DNA from: Patescibacteria group bacterium
GTDB taxonomy: Bacteria; Patescibacteriota; Minisyncoccia; Phycocordibacterales; JACOZG01
DNA: 64,000 nt
Assembly (NCBI GenBank): GCA_038064435.1
Contig: JBBTTC010000001.1
Location: 3,170-67,169 of the forward strand
Direction of reading: 5' to 3'
Below are positions 62,733-64,000 of the stretch, in pieces. Each line of letters starts with the position of its first letter. Position 1 is the stretch's first letter. A program made the position numbers and the translations under genes. Under the pieces are notes generated by a model, which made no database searches, had not been told where the DNA came from, and was given only the letters and a program-made list of their open reading frames with translations.

Positions 62733-64000
62733 TTAAACCATCGTGAAATCGAGTTGGCGCAGAGCGAGATCGGCGGCGATGAGTTTAACTTGCACTGGGT
62801 CGCCTAGGCGGTAACGCCGGCCGGAGCGTTCGCCCACCACAGCGTAATTTTTTTCGTCAAAAATATAATAATCATCACCCAGTTCGGCTAAACGCACTAA
62901 ACCGTCGGCTAAAGTTTCTTTTTCCTCCACATAAATGCCCCATTTGGTGATGCCGGAGATGGTAGCGGCAAAAGTTTGGCCGATGTGTGCCTGTAAAAAT
63001 TCCACCTGTTTGTATTTAACCGAGTCCCGTTCGGCGTCGGCGGCTTCTTGTTCGCGGATTGAGGAATGGACGACCAAACGCAAATAATTTTTGAGTAAAT
63101 CGGCTGGCGGTGTTTCTCCCCGTAGGTAGTAGTCGAGCAGGCGATGGACCATCACGTCGGGGTAACGACGAATGGGGGAAGTAAAGTGAGTGTAATGCTC
63201 AAAAGCCAGGCCGTAGTGGCCAATATTTTCGGTTGAATAAATGGCTTTGGCCATGGAGCGCATCAGAGCAGTGTTGATAAGAGCCTCCTCGGGTTGACCA
63301 CGGACGCTCAATAAAAATTGATTAACCAAGCGGGAGGCGATGGTGCCATCTTTGACTTCTAGACGGTAACCGAGACGGTGAAGAAAATCGGCTAGTTCGG
63401 CGAGGCGCTCGGCATCGGGGGCGTCATGGATGCGGTACACAAATTTGTATTTGGCATCTTTAATAATGGCCGACACGTGTTCGGCTACACGACGATTAGC
63501 CAAGAGCATAAAATCTTCTACTAACCGATGGCTGTCGCCACGCTCTTTCTTTATCACTTCAATCGGCCGGCCTGCGGCGTCAAGTCGAAATTTGATCTCG
63601 GTTTTTTCAAAAGCGATAGCACCCGCGGCAAACTTTTTTTCGCGCAAACGATACGCCAATTGGTTGAGGGTTTTTAGTTCGACGGCGTAATCACCTTGGA
63701 CGGTAGCTAGCACGTGCTCGGCCTCTTCATAACTAAAACGGCGATGAGAATGAATAATCGTTCGGCCAAACCAGTTAGATTTAATCTCACCCTCAGTGTT
63801 TAAAGTAAAAACTGCCGAAAAAGCTAGCTTGTCTTCATTGGGATTGAGACTGCAAAGATCGTCCGATAAAATTTCCGGCAACATGGGGATAGTGCGATCC
63901 ACCAAATAAATTGACGTGGCGCGATTTTGCGCCTCGCGGTCAAGTGCTGTGCCCGGCCGGAGGTAGTGAGCCACATCAGCAATATGCACCCCAACTTCCC
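62733..64000 (-). CDS. rnr: RNase R / RNase II family exoribonuclease (3' part; the 5' end runs beyond the window)
   Basis: RNB catalytic domain (HYGLAFEHYTHFTSPIRRYPD) and C-terminal S1 domain. The frame is open to position 64000. Confidence 0.8.
   Translation of the reverse strand, partial: EVGVHIADVAHYLRPGTALDREAQNRATSIYLVDRTIPMLPEILSDDLCSLNPNEDKLAFSAVFTLNTEGEIKSNWFGRTIIHSHRRFSYEEAEHVLATVQGDYAVELKTLNQLAYRLREKKFAAGAIAFEKTEIKFRLDAAGRPIEVIKKERGDSHRLVEDFMLLANRRVAEHVSAIIKDAKYKFVYRIHDAPDAERLAELADFLHRLGYRLEVKDGTIASRLVNQFLLSVRGQPEEALINTALMRSMAKAIYSTENIGHYGLAFEHYTHFTSPIRRYPDVMVHRLLDYYLRGETPPADLLKNYLRLVVHSSIREQEAADAERDSVKYKQVEFLQAHIGQTFAATISGITKWGIYVEEKETLADGLVRLAELGDDYYIFDEKNYAVVGERSGRRYRLGDPVQVKLIAADLALRQLDFTMV

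Noticed and set aside
1-64000. Possibility of an alternative genetic code (UGA read as Gly/Trp, as in some CPR lineages) to explain the in-frame TGA in the methyltransferase
   Set aside because: TGA is used as the genuine stop of murB (8708-8710) and dnaJ (33876-33878). No other conserved gene in the window needs TGA read-through.
1-64000. CRISPR arrays, rRNA genes, SRP RNA (GGAAGCAG motif), RNase P RNA (AGGAAAGUCCGGGCU) and tmRNA
   Set aside because: No regularly spaced direct repeats and none of the conserved sequence signatures were found in intergenic regions by eye. An Infernal/Rfam scan would be needed to be definitive.

Overview
This is a 64-kb window from a compact, gene-dense bacterial chromosome with about 55% GC. 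The reduced proteins point to a Candidate Phyla Radiation (Patescibacteria)-type genome: AlaRS 603 aa, ThrRS 401 aa with no N-terminal editing domain, ProRS 413 aa, SMC 745 aa, a NusB-Nudix fusion, and several promoters whose -10 boxes abut the start codon. TGA is a normal stop codon (murB, dnaJ), so the genome uses the standard code.

Most of the window is housekeeping:
- 1-10.1 kb: the 3' end of secA, then murB-gatB.
- 13.4-19.0 kb, minus strand: htrA, a PfkB kinase, fmt, def and priA.
- 20.7-22.5 kb: alaS.
- 26.4-30.4 kb: an uninterrupted ribosomal 'alpha' block infA-rpmJ-rpsM-rpsK-rpsD-rpoA-rplQ-rplM-rpsI.
- 30.4-33.9 kb: grpE-dnaK-dnaJ.
- 34.8-42.8 kb: hpf, a cyclophilin, proS, mreB-mreC-mreD-mrdA, greA and lysS.
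- 42.9-47.7 kb and 49.9 kb onward: a dcw cluster mraZ-rsmH-ftsL-ftsI-murF ... ddl.
- 52.0-64.0 kb: thrS and dnaE on the minus strand, rnhB, rpmF, nusB-nudix, rnc, smc, and the 3' part of an RNase R/II gene running off the window.

Accessory content:
1. 1.1-7.8 kb: a cluster of secreted or surface proteins. It holds a 1220-aa LVIVD-repeat protein, a Gly-rich protein with a peptidoglycan-binding domain, a lipoprotein and a PKD/FN3 protein.
2. 10.1-13.0 kb (most notable): an IS110-family-like DEDD/HhH transposase ORF embedded in a conserved promoter-to-terminator non-coding module. A second, ORF-less 227-bp copy of that module lies 0.8 kb downstream, flanked by a perfect 10-bp direct repeat. tRNA-Asp and a hicB-hicA toxin-antitoxin pair sit between the two copies. 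This is a candidate bridge-RNA-like or MITE-like system.
3. 22.5-23.9 kb: a two-gene hypothetical insert bounded by terminators.
4. 47.7-49.9 kb: a GIY-YIG ORF bracketed by hairpin-containing direct repeats and a partial duplicate of tRNA-Glu, then tRNA-Glu itself, then a small low-GC island that splits the dcw cluster. The island carries a membrane-protein operon and an orphan MazF/PemK-like toxin.
5. 50.9-51.6 kb: a SAM-methyltransferase gene interrupted by a single in-frame TGA.

No rRNA, CRISPR array, SRP RNA, RNase P RNA or tmRNA signature was recognised by eye.
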